The notes under the pieces were generated by a model. That model saw only the letters and a program-made list of their open reading frames with translations. It had not been told where the DNA came from and ran no database searches. Below are positions 29,431 through 40,297 of a stretch of 64,000 nt of DNA, in pieces (within the stretch, counting starts at the first letter, position 1; every line of letters starts with the position of its first letter). Made by a program: the position numbers and the translations under genes. The stretch lies in the NCBI GenBank assembly GCA_031276195.1, contig JAISNN010000032.1, positions 5,863 through 69,862 on the forward strand, read 5' to 3'. Source of the stretch: Clostridiales bacterium. GTDB lineage: Bacteria > Bacillota > Clostridia > Christensenellales > JAISNN01.

Positions 29431-30441
29431 ATGAAAAAACTCACTGTAAAACTTATATTTTCTTTATTCGTCATATTGTTTGTGGTGTCGCTTTTCGCGG
29501 GCTTTTTTCTCCTTATCCGTATGAACAACAGCGACAGCATAACCATAAGCCGCGACAATATGTTTTATTTTATCGTCATTATCGCCCTCTTGATCTTAAT
29601 ATTTTTTGCGTTCACGACGGAATTCCTTGTCATCAGACGCATAAAAAAATTGACCGCGGCGGCGAAAATCATCGCGAAGGGTACGTTCGACTTCGATATA
29701 AACGACTACGCCGACGACGAATTGAGCGAATTGACCGAAAATTTTAACCTTATGTTGAAAGCCTTGCGGTCGAACGAATATTTGAACAAGGAATTCGTGA
29801 ACAACGTCTCCCACGAATTCAAAACCCCCATAACGTCCTTGAAGGGATACGCCCAACTCTTAAAAAAAGACGGACTCAGCGACGCGGAAAGAAAGGAATA
29901 TTCGGAAATAATCCTGAACGAAGCCGAAAGACTTCATAAACTCTCTAAGGATTTGCTGCAACTTTCGTCGCTCGAAAGTTCGAATATCGTCAAGCAGACG
30001 GACAACGTGCGCCTCGACGAACAGATAAAGCGCGTCATACTCCTTATGCAAAACGAATGGGAAAGAAAAAATATCGAAATGGTCGTCGATTTGGATCCGA
30101 TCGTATACAGGGGCAACGAGGAACTGCTCTATCTCGTCTGGCTGAACCTCATCTCGAACGCGATAAAATATACCGACGAAAACGGGCGCATAGAGATCAA
30201 ACTTTTGGACGGGAAAAACGTTACGTTTATCGTCAAGGACAACGGAATCGGAATCAAAAAGGAAAACCAAAGCAAGGTCTTCGAACATTTTTTTATCGGC
30301 GACAGATCGCGCGCGGAAGGAAGCAGCGGTCTCGGACTGCCCATTACGAAAAAAATAATCGATAAATTCAACGGAAATATTTCCTTTAAAAGCGAAGAGG
30401 GAAAAGGAACGGAGTTTACCGTTTCGTTGAATAAAAATTAA
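29431..30441 (+). CDS. HAMP-domain sensor histidine kinase
   Basis: Two TM segments, H-box 'NVSHEFKTP', N-box 'NLISNAIKY', G boxes 'DNGIGI' and 'GSSGLGL'. Confidence 0.93.
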   Translation: MKKLTVKLIFSLFVILFVVSLFAGFFLLIRMNNSDSITISRDNMFYFIVIIALLILIFFAFTTEFLVIRRIKKLTAAAKIIAKGTFDFDINDYADDELSELTENFNLMLKALRSNEYLNKEFVNNVSHEFKTPITSLKGYAQLLKKDGLSDAERKEYSEIILNEAERLHKLSKDLLQLSSLESSNIVKQTDNVRLDEQIKRVILLMQNEWERKNIEMVVDLDPIVYRGNEELLYLVWLNLISNAIKYTDENGRIEIKLLDGKNVTFIVKDNGIGIKKENQSKVFEHFFIGDRSRAEGSSGLGLPITKKIIDKFNGNISFKSEEGKGTEFTVSLNKN

Positions 30442-30747
30442 ACGGCGTTTGCGCGGCCGTAAATTTTTTTTTCGTACCGTTACGGAAAAAATAGAGACGA
30501 ATTTTAAGAATCGGCGTTAATTCCGTTTTCCGTGAGCGCGGACGTAAAGAGGCGTACGCGCTTTCGGTCGTTTTTTTGAACGGAAAACGGATATAGACGC
30601 GCTTGAAATTGCGTTTTTCTTGAATAAAATCAGACGTATATATGCTTATTTTTTATGGTTTTGTTGAATAAAATTAGATATCGATATGAAAAATTATGTT
30701 TTTTCGAGAGTTTTTTGCAAGAAAAATAAAAATTTTTCATAAAAGGC

Positions 30748-30776
30748 TTGACAAATTCATTTTTGTTGCATATAAT
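30748..30776 (+). promoter_or_regulatory. Consensus SigA promoter of the Abi locus
   Basis: TTGACA-N17-TATAAT exact. Confidence 0.85.
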
Positions 30777-30782
30777 AGTATC

Positions 30783-30837
30783 AACAGACTCCGACACGCC
30801 TCTCAACGATGCGTACCACGTCGGGGCATTTTTTTTT
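30783..30837 (+). ncRNA. Structured leader/sRNA upstream of Abi gene (abiF-motif-like candidate RNA antitoxin)
   Basis: CTCCGAC...GTCGGGG stem enclosing ACGC...GCGT, then a T9 run, between promoter and Abi ORF. Confidence 0.6.
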
Positions 30838-30852
30838 ATAAGGATTTGACAT

Positions 30853-31734
30853 ATGCCGGAACTAAAAGCGCAGCAGCCGCCGATAAACGTAAAAAAACAA
30901 ATCGCAAATCTACGCGAAAAGGGTTTGACTATTCACGATGAAAAGTATGCGGAAGCGTTTTTAGAAAACGTATCGTATTTTCGGCTAATAAAAGCATACA
31001 GTTTAGAACTAAAAGTAAGTAAAAACGGAAGATATGAAGACGGAGTTTGTTTTGACGACATCGTAAACCTTTATTTGTTCAACTGTAGTTTTAGACAAAA
31101 ACTGTTTGTGCAAATCGAAAGAATCGAAGTCGCATTGCGATGCCGCGTGTCAAATTATTTTTGTGAAAAATACGGAGTTTTGGGTTATGAAGACGCAAAC
31201 AATTTCAACGATTTGTCTTTCCACGCAAAGTTTCTTTCTGAAATTGAAAATGAAATAAAAAGAAATAAAAAAACGCCGTTTGTAAATAATTTCCAAACAC
31301 ACTACGAGGGCGGAAAACTGCCGTTATACGCTTGTATCGAATTGTTTACTTTCGGGACACTGTCAAAATTTTATAAGAATATGACGCCGATTGATAAAAA
31401 AAGCGTCGCGTCGTTATACGGCGTAAAATATTCGTATTTGGAAAGTTGGATTGAAAGTATGTCGTACGTGAGAAACGTGTGCGCTCATTACGGCAGGCTG
31501 TATAATGTGAAGTTGACAAAAATGCCGCATATTTATAAGCAATATTCCGACCGCGGAATTAATAATTCAGGAGTTTTTGCGACGCTTTTAACTATGAAAT
31601 ATCTTTTGCCGAACGACGAACAATGGGAATCGTTTGTTTGCGGAATTGAAGCCTTGAAAAATATGTATCCGAATGTAAAATTGGAATCAATGGGTTTTCC
31701 GGTCGATTGGAGGGATGTATTATCTCTTTGTTGA
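30853..31734 (+). CDS. Abi family (Abi_2 / AbiD-AbiF, HEPN) abortive-infection protein
   Basis: 'QIANLREKGL...NVSYFRL..Y', 'IERIEVALR', 'ELFTFGTLSKFY', HEPN motif RNVCAH, 'MGFPVDW'. Confidence 0.9.
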   Translation: MPELKAQQPPINVKKQIANLREKGLTIHDEKYAEAFLENVSYFRLIKAYSLELKVSKNGRYEDGVCFDDIVNLYLFNCSFRQKLFVQIERIEVALRCRVSNYFCEKYGVLGYEDANNFNDLSFHAKFLSEIENEIKRNKKTPFVNNFQTHYEGGKLPLYACIELFTFGTLSKFYKNMTPIDKKSVASLYGVKYSYLESWIESMSYVRNVCAHYGRLYNVKLTKMPHIYKQYSDRGINNSGVFATLLTMKYLLPNDEQWESFVCGIEALKNMYPNVKLESMGFPVDWRDVLSLC

Positions 31735-32010
31735 AAGAAAACCGGGCGGGGCGGTTGTGTTTCCCGCATTTTTATGAAAGAGTTTTTTAATTAATTTCAA
31801 CTTTACACTTCTTTACTCAAACGAAACGGAATTCGGCTTGACTAAAACGCGGAGGGCGTTATATAATTTTATAGGCGGTGATCGGCATAAAAGAACCGCG
31901 TTTTTAAAATCAAGAATCGGTATACGTAATACATAACGCATAAATGAAAGACGGTTAAAAATTTTAACCGTCTTTTTCGTTTGATATTTTTTGTTTAAAG
32001 GAGAGATACT

Positions 32011-34437
32011 ATGGAAAAATTCCGGCGCGCAAAAACGCGAAAAATCAAAGCCGAACGCTACGATCCGCTTCCGGACGAAGGACTTACGGAGGCGCAGGTT
32101 CTCGAACGCGTTTCAAACGGGTTTGTGAACGGCGTACCTTCCGTCGGTTCTAAGTCCGTCGGCAGAATTCTTTTTGACAATATTTTCAATTTTTGCAACG
32201 GCTTAACCATCGCTCTCGCGCTTTTATTGGTCGCGGTCGGCGCGGCGGACTACGCCGTCAGTTCGCTTATCATTTTTGTCAGCGTCGGCATAGGCGTTTC
32301 GCAAGAAATACGCGCGAAAATCGCGGTCAAAAAACTTTCGCTCACGGTCGGCGGAGAATGCGGCGCGGTGCGCGGAGGAAAAATCTCAAAAATTCAAACG
32401 CGCGATTTAGTTTTGGACGACGTGTACGTCTTGAAAGCGGGGATGCGCGTCCCCGTCGATTCCGTAATTTTGAGCGGAGAAGCGGAAATCGACGAACAAA
32501 TCATAACGGGCGAAAGTATTCCCGTCAAAAAAAGAGCGGGCGATACCGTTTTGGCGGCGTGCGGCGTCGTTGCGGGGGAGACGACGGTTCGCGCGGATAA
32601 GGTCGGGGCGGATTGCTATATCGAAAGCGTCGCCCGCGCCGCGAAAAAAATCAACCGGCCGCACTCTAAACTCTTTACAAAATTGAACGGCATAATAAAA
32701 ATCATCTCATGCTTTTTGATTCCGTTAGCCGTTATGTCCTTTATCTCAAACAGCGTAACGGGCGGAAACGGAATACGCCTCACGGTGATAAATACCGCGA
32801 GTTCGGTTCTCGGTATGATCCCGGTGGGTATTTTTTTGCTTGCGTCGACCGCCCTCGCCGTCGGAGTTTTGAAACTCGGAAAGAAAAAAACGCTGGTGCA
32901 GGATATATACGGCATAGAAATGCTCGCGGCGGCGGACACCCTTCTAATCGACAAAACGGGTACGATGACGGACGGAAATTTGGAGATTGCGGAGGAGAAC
33001 GCGCTGACCGAAACGGAATATCCGCCCGGTGAAATCGCCGCCGCGATCGTAAACGCCGCGCGCGACGAAAACCAAACCGCCTTGGCGTTCAAAAGAAAAT
33101 ACGCCGACGGGGGGCGGATAAAAGCCGTCAAGACCGCGCCGTTTTCGCCCGAAAAAAAATATTCCGCCGTCGAGACCGAAAATTGCTCTTACGTCTTGGG
33201 CGCGCCCGATTTCGTTTCATACGGCGACGCGCGCGTGGACGGCTTTGCCGAAAAAAGCGCGATGAAATGCGAAAGAACCCTCGCGCTCTGCCGCTTCGAC
33301 GGGAAAATTGAGGAATTCTCAAAGGAAAAAGCCGTTCCGATCGCAGTTTTCGCGCTCCGCGACACATTGCGCCCCGACGTTAAGGAGACTTTTGAATGGT
33401 TTAAAAACAACGGCGTGGATATAAAAATCGTTTCGGGCGACAATCCGCTCACCGTGTGCGAAACGGCGAAAAAAAGCGGAATCGAAAACGCCGGGAAATA
33501 CATAAATTGCGCGGATTTAAGCGACGCGGAGTTGGAGGCGGCGGCGGATAATACGGTATTCGGGAGAGCCGACCCCGAACGGAAAATGAAACTCGTGAAA
33601 ATTCTGCAAAAAAAGGGGCGTACCGTATGTATGATGGGCGACGGCGTGAACGACGTGCGCGCGCTTAAAGAAGCGGATTGTTCCGTCAGTCTCGCCTCGG
33701 CAAACGAAACGGCGCGGAACGTTTCGCGGATCGTGCTTTTAGACGACGATTTCAAAAATATGCCGCGCATAATAGAGGAGGGCGGCAGCGTGGTCGGAAA
33801 TATGGAAAAGGTCGCGGCGGCCTTGCTTATGAAGACGATGTTCGTGATGTTTTACGTATTCGCGTTTTCGATCGCCGGCTTTTTTAACAAATCGGGGTAT
33901 TTTCCTTTCGACACAAAACGGCTGATGCTTGTGGAACTTTTCGTGCTGGGATTGCCGCCGTTTGTATTCGCGGTGCAGCCGAATAAGGAGCGGGTCAAGG
34001 GCAATTTTCTATGGAATATCGGGAAAAATGCGATTCCCGCCGCCGCCGCGCTGATAGTATCCGTCGGAATCGTATTTTTGCGTACGTTTTTGACGGGAGA
34101 TATGCTGTATATAAGAGGTTTGGGAGTCGGCGCGGAGGACTATATATCGTCGCTGGCGGCGATAGCGTTGGCGGTCGGCGGCTTTTCCGCGTTTATAATT
34201 ATTACTCTTCCGCCTAATAAATTCCGCTTGACCGCAATCGGACTTATGTTCGCGCTCTTTATATCGGGTTTGTTCGCCGATAAATATCTGTTCGGGGGAT
34301 TGTTCTTTAATACCGCGCTGCCCGTAGGCGAGGATATCTTGACGTTATTAATCTCGCTCGCCGTGTGCGTGGGCGTAAATCTTTTTTTGCGCGCGGTTAT
34401 GGAAAAAATGGAGGCGAAATTTAAGAGGCGGAGTTAA
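32011..34437 (+). CDS. HAD-IC family P-type cation-transporting ATPase (CtpE-like)
   Basis: TGES, DKTGT, SGDN, GDGVND motifs. Confidence 0.93.
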   Translation: MEKFRRAKTRKIKAERYDPLPDEGLTEAQVLERVSNGFVNGVPSVGSKSVGRILFDNIFNFCNGLTIALALLLVAVGAADYAVSSLIIFVSVGIGVSQEIRAKIAVKKLSLTVGGECGAVRGGKISKIQTRDLVLDDVYVLKAGMRVPVDSVILSGEAEIDEQIITGESIPVKKRAGDTVLAACGVVAGETTVRADKVGADCYIESVARAAKKINRPHSKLFTKLNGIIKIISCFLIPLAVMSFISNSVTGGNGIRLTVINTASSVLGMIPVGIFLLASTALAVGVLKLGKKKTLVQDIYGIEMLAAADTLLIDKTGTMTDGNLEIAEENALTETEYPPGEIAAAIVNAARDENQTALAFKRKYADGGRIKAVKTAPFSPEKKYSAVETENCSYVLGAPDFVSYGDARVDGFAEKSAMKCERTLALCRFDGKIEEFSKEKAVPIAVFALRDTLRPDVKETFEWFKNNGVDIKIVSGDNPLTVCETAKKSGIENAGKYINCADLSDAELEAAADNTVFGRADPERKMKLVKILQKKGRTVCMMGDGVNDVRALKEADCSVSLASANETARNVSRIVLLDDDFKNMPRIIEEGGSVVGNMEKVAAALLMKTMFVMFYVFAFSIAGFFNKSGYFPFDTKRLMLVELFVLGLPPFVFAVQPNKERVKGNFLWNIGKNAIPAAAALIVSVGIVFLRTFLTGDMLYIRGLGVGAEDYISSLAAIALAVGGFSAFIIITLPPNKFRLTAIGLMFALFISGLFADKYLFGGLFFNTALPVGEDILTLLISLAVCVGVNLFLRAVMEKMEAKFKRRS

Positions 34438-34817
34438 TACCGTTTTAATACCGTTTGCCGAGAGCGCGGACGTAAATCTTTTTTTGCGCGCCGTTACGGA
34501 AAAAACGTTAAATATTAGAGGGTTTTAAATTTTCGCGGTAAAAAGCGTTAACGGTTGCTTTATTTATTACGAATTTTTAGAACTCCCGAATATTATTAGT
34601 ATGTTATATCCGTTAGACTTTTAATCCGCGTAGTATACGGATTGAAAGTTTAACGGGTATAATTTTATACCGTTAATTTTATTTGATAAAAGCAGCGATA
34701 TATGATATAATAATTCAATAAACGGCGTCTGCGCGCGCGGATATGCTGTTTTAAATTCCGCGCGGACGCCGTATAATACCGTAAAACGCGGATTTTTTTA
34801 AAAAAGGGGTTTATTTT

Positions 34818-36605
34818 ATGGAAAAGTTATCGTCCGTTGAGTTAAGGAAGCAATATTTGAATTTTTTTAAAGAGAGGGGGCACGCGGTTTTGGATTCGGC
34901 GTCGCTTATCCCCGAGAACGACCCGACGGTTTTGTTTACCACCGCGGGAATGCACCCGCTCGTCCCGTATCTTATGGGCGAGAAACACCCGCTCGGAAAG
35001 CGTCTGGCAAGCGTTCAAAAGTGCGTCAGGACGAGTGATATCGAGGAGGTCGGCGACGCTACTCATTTGACATTTTTTGAAATGCTGGGGAATTGGTCTC
35101 TCGGCGACTATTTCAAAAAGGAATCGATCAAATTCAGTTACGCCTTTTTGACGGAGGTTTTGAAAATCCCGAAAGAGAGGTTCGTCGTATCCGTCTTTAA
35201 GGGCGATTCCGACTGCGAAAAGGATATCGAAAGCGCGGATTATTGGGTCAAAGAGGGCTTGAAACCGTCGCAAGTCTATTTTTTGCCGAAAAAAAATAAT
35301 TGGTGGGGGCCTGCGGGATTGACCGGTCCTTGCGGTCCCGACACCGAAATTTTTATCGATACGGGCAAGGAAAAATGCTCGCCGTCCTGTTCGCCCGCGT
35401 GCGATTGCGGAAAATATATCGAGATTTGGAACAACGTCTTTATGCAATACAATAAAACCGCGGACGGAAAATTCGTTCCGCTTGAAAATAAGAACGTCGA
35501 CACGGGTATGGGCTTGGAACGCACGGTTTGCATTCTTAACGGATTGAAATCCGTCTATGAAACCGACCTTTTTCAAGACGCGATCGCCTTAATCGAGGCG
35601 CGTTCGGGCAAGAAATACGGAGAGAATCCCGACGTCGATAAAGCCGTTCGGATCATCGCCGATCATACCAGAACCGCCGTGTTTATCTTGGGCGACGAAA
35701 ACAACGTTACGCCGGGCAACGTCGATCAGGGCTATGTCATAAGGCGGCTTTTGAGGCGCGCCATTAGGTATTCGGGGCAGTTGGGGGCGGGAACCGCGCT
35801 CTTGACCGAACTCGCCGCGCTCTACGCCGAGAAATACGAGAACGTGTATTCCGAACTTTTCAAAAACAGAGAACGCATAATTTCCGAGATCGCAAAGGAA
35901 TCCGAAAAATTCGACAGAACGCTCGCGGGCGGCTTGAAAGAGTTTGAAAAGGTCGCGGCTGTTTCCGCCGGAACGGGCGTAATCGACGGGGCGGCGGCTT
36001 TCCGTCTTCACGACACTTTCGGTTTTCCCGTCGAAATCACGGAGGAGTTGGCGCGCGACAGAGGGTTGACCGTCGACCGCGAAGGTTTCGGCGCGGCGTT
36101 CGCCGTCCATCAGCAAAAATCGCAGGCGGGCGCGGAACAGAAATTTAAGGGCGGTTTGCACGACCATTCGGAGCAGACGACCAAACTTCACACCGCGACG
36201 CATCTCTTGCAAGCCGCGCTAAGACGCGTTTTGGGCGATACGGTATTCCAAAAGGGGAGCAACATAACGGCGGAAAGGCTTAGATTTGATTTCAGTTTTG
36301 ACAGACCGATGACGGCGGAGGAGATCGCGGAAGCCGAAAGATTGGTGAACGAGGTCATCGCTCAAAAAATCGACGTGGTGATGGAAGAGATGACGGTCGA
36401 GGAGGCGAGAAGCGGGGGAGCGTTGGGAGTTTTTGAATCGAAATACGGCGAAACGGTCAAGGTCTATACGGTCGGGAATTTCAGCAAGGAGATTTGCGGA
36501 GGACCGCACGCGAAAAATACGGGGGAATTGGGATCGTTTAAGATCGAAAAAGAACAGAGTTCGTCGTCGGGAGTCAGGAGAATCAGAGGAACGATAGCGG
36601 AGTAG
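34818..36605 (+). CDS. alaS: Alanine--tRNA ligase, short form lacking C-Ala domain
   Basis: 'LFTTAGM', 'HLTFFEMLGNWS', 'DTGMGLER', editing-domain HTATH and CGGPH; 595 aa. Confidence 0.95.
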   Translation: MEKLSSVELRKQYLNFFKERGHAVLDSASLIPENDPTVLFTTAGMHPLVPYLMGEKHPLGKRLASVQKCVRTSDIEEVGDATHLTFFEMLGNWSLGDYFKKESIKFSYAFLTEVLKIPKERFVVSVFKGDSDCEKDIESADYWVKEGLKPSQVYFLPKKNNWWGPAGLTGPCGPDTEIFIDTGKEKCSPSCSPACDCGKYIEIWNNVFMQYNKTADGKFVPLENKNVDTGMGLERTVCILNGLKSVYETDLFQDAIALIEARSGKKYGENPDVDKAVRIIADHTRTAVFILGDENNVTPGNVDQGYVIRRLLRRAIRYSGQLGAGTALLTELAALYAEKYENVYSELFKNRERIISEIAKESEKFDRTLAGGLKEFEKVAAVSAGTGVIDGAAAFRLHDTFGFPVEITEELARDRGLTVDREGFGAAFAVHQQKSQAGAEQKFKGGLHDHSEQTTKLHTATHLLQAALRRVLGDTVFQKGSNITAERLRFDFSFDRPMTAEEIAEAERLVNEVIAQKIDVVMEEMTVEEARSGGALGVFESKYGETVKVYTVGNFSKEICGGPHAKNTGELGSFKIEKEQSSSSGVRRIRGTIAE

Positions 36606-36612
36606 AAAGGCT

Positions 36613-36890
36613 GCAAAAAAACGCGGTACTATACCGCGGAAAACGCTATAAAAAAAACGGAAAAAAGTATCGGATTTCAGGCGAAAATACAGCAAAAAAA
36701 CGCGGTACTATACCGCGGAAAACGCTATGAACAAACGGAAAAAAGATATCGGATTTCAAGCGGAAATATAGCAAAAAGACGCGGTATATACCGCGGAAAA
36801 CGCTATAAAAAGACGGAAAAAAGATATCGGATTTCAGGCGGAAATACAGCAAAAAAGCGCGGTACTATACCGCGGAAAACGCTATAAAAA
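36613..36890. repeat. Intergenic tandem repeat (~82 bp period, ~3.4 copies)
   Basis: CGCGGTACTATACCGCGGAAAACGCTAT... unit repeated. Confidence 0.85.
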
Positions 36891-36936
36891 CCGCCGGATA
36901 TCAGGCGAAAAAATTCACAAAAAAGAGAATAAAAAA

Positions 36937-37494
36937 ATGACGGAAAGAGAAAAAATGGTCGGCGGCTTGATGTACGACCCTTCGGACGCGGAGTTGACGG
37001 AACTCAGAAAGCGCGCGCGTCTGCTCTGCGAGGCGTATAATTCGACTTCGGTTACGGAGGAAGAAAGACGCGGAGAGATCTTGAAAGAACTTTTCGGGGG
37101 AATCGGAGGCAATATAAAAATCGAACCCTCTTTTTATTGCGACTACGGCGGTAATATATACGTCGGAAAGGAATTTTACGCGAATTTTAATTGCGTAATT
37201 TTGGACGTCGCGAGAGTGGAGATCGGAGATAACTGTATGCTTGCGCCGAACGTCGGAATCTATACGGCGACGCACCCTATCGATCCGATTTTGAGAAACG
37301 GCGGGCGCGAATACGCGAAGCCGGTTAAAATCGGGGATAATTGCTGGCTGGGCGCGGGCTGTATAATAAATCCCGGCGTAACGATCGGAAACAACGTCGT
37401 CATAGCGTCGGGCGCGGTCGTTACGAAAAGTTTTCCGGACAACGTCGTCATAGGCGGCGTTCCCGCGAAAATCATAAAGAAAACCGACGGCTGA
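36937..37494 (+). CDS. Sugar (maltose) O-acetyltransferase
   Basis: 'TEREKMVGG..YDP', 'FYCDYGGNI', 'YTATHP', hexapeptide repeats, 'GGVPAKII'. Confidence 0.92.
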   Translation: MTEREKMVGGLMYDPSDAELTELRKRARLLCEAYNSTSVTEEERRGEILKELFGGIGGNIKIEPSFYCDYGGNIYVGKEFYANFNCVILDVARVEIGDNCMLAPNVGIYTATHPIDPILRNGGREYAKPVKIGDNCWLGAGCIINPGVTIGNNVVIASGAVVTKSFPDNVVIGGVPAKIIKKTDG

Positions 37495-37854
37495 AAAAGT
37501 TAAAATACGGAACGGTAAAATTTACGGACGGTAAAATTTATAAAAAAACGTAAGTTCATACCGCGTAAAAACGTTATAAAAACAAAAAAAACGTATTTGC
37601 ATTCCGGATAAAAATATAACGAAAGACGCGGTACTATACCGCGTAAAAACGCCTAAAAATTCAAAAATCATAAAAGCGGAAAAACGAAAAATAAACGGCG
37701 GTATGAAATTCAAACAAAATAAAAAAAGCGGTTTGTAAACGCAAACGTTTAAATTCTAAAAATTCAAAAATGCAAATTATAAGCGCAAGCGTTTAAATTC
37801 AAAAATAAAAAAATAAAAAACAAAAAAACACAAAACTTTCGGCGGAGAAAAAAA

Positions 37855-39027
37855 ATGGATTATCAAGAGCAAGCGATGATTAAACACAAAGAATGGGCGG
37901 GCAAAATCGAGGTCGTTTCAAGGGTTCCCGTCAAGACGAAAGACGACCTCAGCGTCGCCTATACGCCCGGCGTCGCCGAGCCGTGTCTGGCGATCGAAAA
38001 GGACGTAAACCTTTCGTATACCTACACGCGCCGCGGCAATCTCGTTGCCGTCATAACGGACGGAACGGCGGTTTTGGGGCTGGGCGACATCGGACCCGAA
38101 GCGGGAATGCCCGTTATGGAGGGGAAGTGCGTGCTGTTCAAGGAGTTCGCGGGCGTGGACGCCTTTCCCGTCTGCATAAGGAGCAAGGACGTAAATGAAA
38201 TCGTAAACACCTGCAAAATGATCGCGGGCAGTTTCGGCGGAATCAATTTGGAGGACATCTCGTCGCCGCGCTGTTTCGAGATTGAAAAACAACTAAAAGC
38301 CGCCTTAGATATACCCGTATTTCACGACGACCAGCACGGAACCGCCGTCGTTTCTCTCGCCGCGCTCAAAAACGCCGCGAAGTTACGCGGTAAAAAACTT
38401 TCCGAATTGAACGTCGTCGTCAGCGGAGCGGGCGCGTCTGCGATCGCGGTCACAAAACTGCTTTTGGCGGCGGGGGTCGGCGATATCGTGATTTGCGACA
38501 GGGCGGGCGCGGTCTATAAGGGGCGCGGCGGTCTGAACGCGATCAAGGAGGAGATGGCGGAAATCACGAATAAAAACGGAAAAAAAGGTACGCTTGCCGA
38601 CGCGGCGAGGGGCGCGGACGTGTTTTTCGGGCTTTCCGCGCCGAAATTGTTTTCCGCGGAAAACGTGAGGTCGATGAATAAAAATCCGATCATATTCGCG
38701 ATGGCGAATCCTATGCCCGAGATTCTGCCCGACGAGGCGAAAGCGGCGGGGGCGTTTGTCGTGGGGACGGGCAGATCGGATTTTCCGAATCAGATAAACA
38801 ACGTTTTGGCATTCCCGGGGATTTTTCGCGGCGCGCTGGACGTACGCGCTTCGGACATAAACGACGAAATGAAAATCGCCGCCGCAAACGCGCTCGCGGA
38901 ACTTATCACGGACGCGGAATTGAATCCCGAATATATAATTCCCGCGCCTTTCGATAAACGCGTGGCGGGAGCGGTCGCGAAAAAGGTTATGGAAGCGGCG
39001 GTAAGGACGGGAGTGAACAGGATTTAG
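37855..39027 (+). CDS. NAD(P)-dependent malic enzyme
   Basis: 'YTPGVA', 'DGTAVLGLGDIG', 'FHDDQHGTA', 'GAGASA', 'TGRSDFPNQINN'. Confidence 0.95.
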   Translation: MDYQEQAMIKHKEWAGKIEVVSRVPVKTKDDLSVAYTPGVAEPCLAIEKDVNLSYTYTRRGNLVAVITDGTAVLGLGDIGPEAGMPVMEGKCVLFKEFAGVDAFPVCIRSKDVNEIVNTCKMIAGSFGGINLEDISSPRCFEIEKQLKAALDIPVFHDDQHGTAVVSLAALKNAAKLRGKKLSELNVVVSGAGASAIAVTKLLLAAGVGDIVICDRAGAVYKGRGGLNAIKEEMAEITNKNGKKGTLADAARGADVFFGLSAPKLFSAENVRSMNKNPIIFAMANPMPEILPDEAKAAGAFVVGTGRSDFPNQINNVLAFPGIFRGALDVRASDINDEMKIAAANALAELITDAELNPEYIIPAPFDKRVAGAVAKKVMEAAVRTGVNRI

Positions 39028-39184
39028 GGCGGCGTTACGCGGAATGCCGAAAATCGGTAGCGTAAAATTTTTTTAAAGGTCTTGTTTTTGCGTTATACTT
39101 ATGATATAATATAATAGCGGCTGAATTTTATAGTAAAATCGCTATAAAAGTTTAACCGCCGTATTAAAACGGAGGTCACGGAAT

Positions 39185-39691
39185 ATGGATCAAGAAAAAG
39201 AGAACGCTTTAAACGGGATGAAAATTCCTTTGTCGCCGTTTATGGCCGCGTTGGAAATTATTACGCTTCTTTTAATCGTTTCGTGTGCGACGGTCATTTT
39301 TGCGAAATACGAGGGGCTTCCCGAATTTGCCGCATCGCATTTCGATATGCTCGGGAGACCGGACGCTTGGACCGATAAGGTTTGGTTGTTGGTCGTGTTG
39401 TTTGCGGCGGTCGTCGTTTATGCCGCGGTGAGCGTCGTCGAATGTTTTCCGCAGATTTTCAATATTCCCGTCAAGACGGACGAAAATAACGGAAAAAGCG
39501 TTTTGCGCGTGATCGGAGTCGGCGTCGCATTCGCGAAACTGATGATTACGTTGATGTTGCTGTCGGGCGCGGTTTTTACTTGCTTTGAAAACGCGGTTCC
39601 GCCCTTTCTTTATATCGGTTATATCGCGGTTTTTTTAGGCGGATCGGTCTTGTTCGTTGTGAAAATTATGAATGCGGGAAAGGCGGTTTAG
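39185..39691 (+). CDS. DUF1648-domain membrane protein
   Basis: 'LPEFAASHFDMLGRPDAW' motif, four TM segments. Confidence 0.75.
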   Translation: MDQEKENALNGMKIPLSPFMAALEIITLLLIVSCATVIFAKYEGLPEFAASHFDMLGRPDAWTDKVWLLVVLFAAVVVYAAVSVVECFPQIFNIPVKTDENNGKSVLRVIGVGVAFAKLMITLMLLSGAVFTCFENAVPPFLYIGYIAVFLGGSVLFVVKIMNAGKAV

Positions 39692-40147
39692 GCGGAATGA
39701 AAAGAGGGCGTAAAGGCATTTTATTTAATTGCCGATTGCGCCGCTTGCTTTAACCCGTCGTCATTGACGTAAATTAGTTCATATATCAAACCTACGCTTC
39801 CTTATCCTCATCTCGCGGAGGGGAATATGCGGATTGCGGATAATGAATTAAAACGATTGAGAAAGACATAAATACTTTTGTCTAATGAAAAAGAATTGAG
39901 AAAGATTTAAATATTTTTGAGGGATAAAAAACGAACGAGATAGTTTGGGAATATTTTTTTATATAAATGAAAAAAACGCTTTAAAAAGATCTAAAAACTT
40001 TTCGGCGCGTGAAAAATGCTTAAAAAAGCAAAAAAGGCATAAATATTTTTTTTAATACGCAAAAAATGATTGACTTGTTTTGCGATTGGTGGTATATTGT
40101 ATAGGCACCTGCGTTTAGGTGTAATTTTTTTGGAGGTGTTTGCCGTA

Positions 40148-40297
40148 ATGCGTACAAAAATTACCTTGGCTTGCACGGAGTGTAAACAGAGAAACTACGA
40201 CGATATGAAGAACAAAAAGAATACGCCCGACAGGCTCGAATTGAAAAAGTATTGCAGATTTTGCAAAAAACACACCGTTCACAAAGAGACGAAATAA
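40148..40297 (+). CDS. rpmG: 50S ribosomal protein L33 (Zn-binding type)
   Basis: [17 protein letters not shown]...[17 protein letters not shown]; RBS GGAGGT before ATG 40148. Confidence 0.97.
   Translation: MRTKITLACTECKQRNYDDMKNKKNTPDRLELKKYCRFCKKHTVHKETK

Noticed and set aside
34818-36605. Short AlaRS as a pseudogene or novelty
   Set aside because: Catalytic and editing motifs are intact, and ~600-aa AlaRS forms lacking C-Ala are known
36613-36890. Possible CRISPR array (palindromic CGCGGTACTATACCGCG recurring at ~82 bp)
   Set aside because: The intervening sequences are also copies of each other, so this is a tandem duplication
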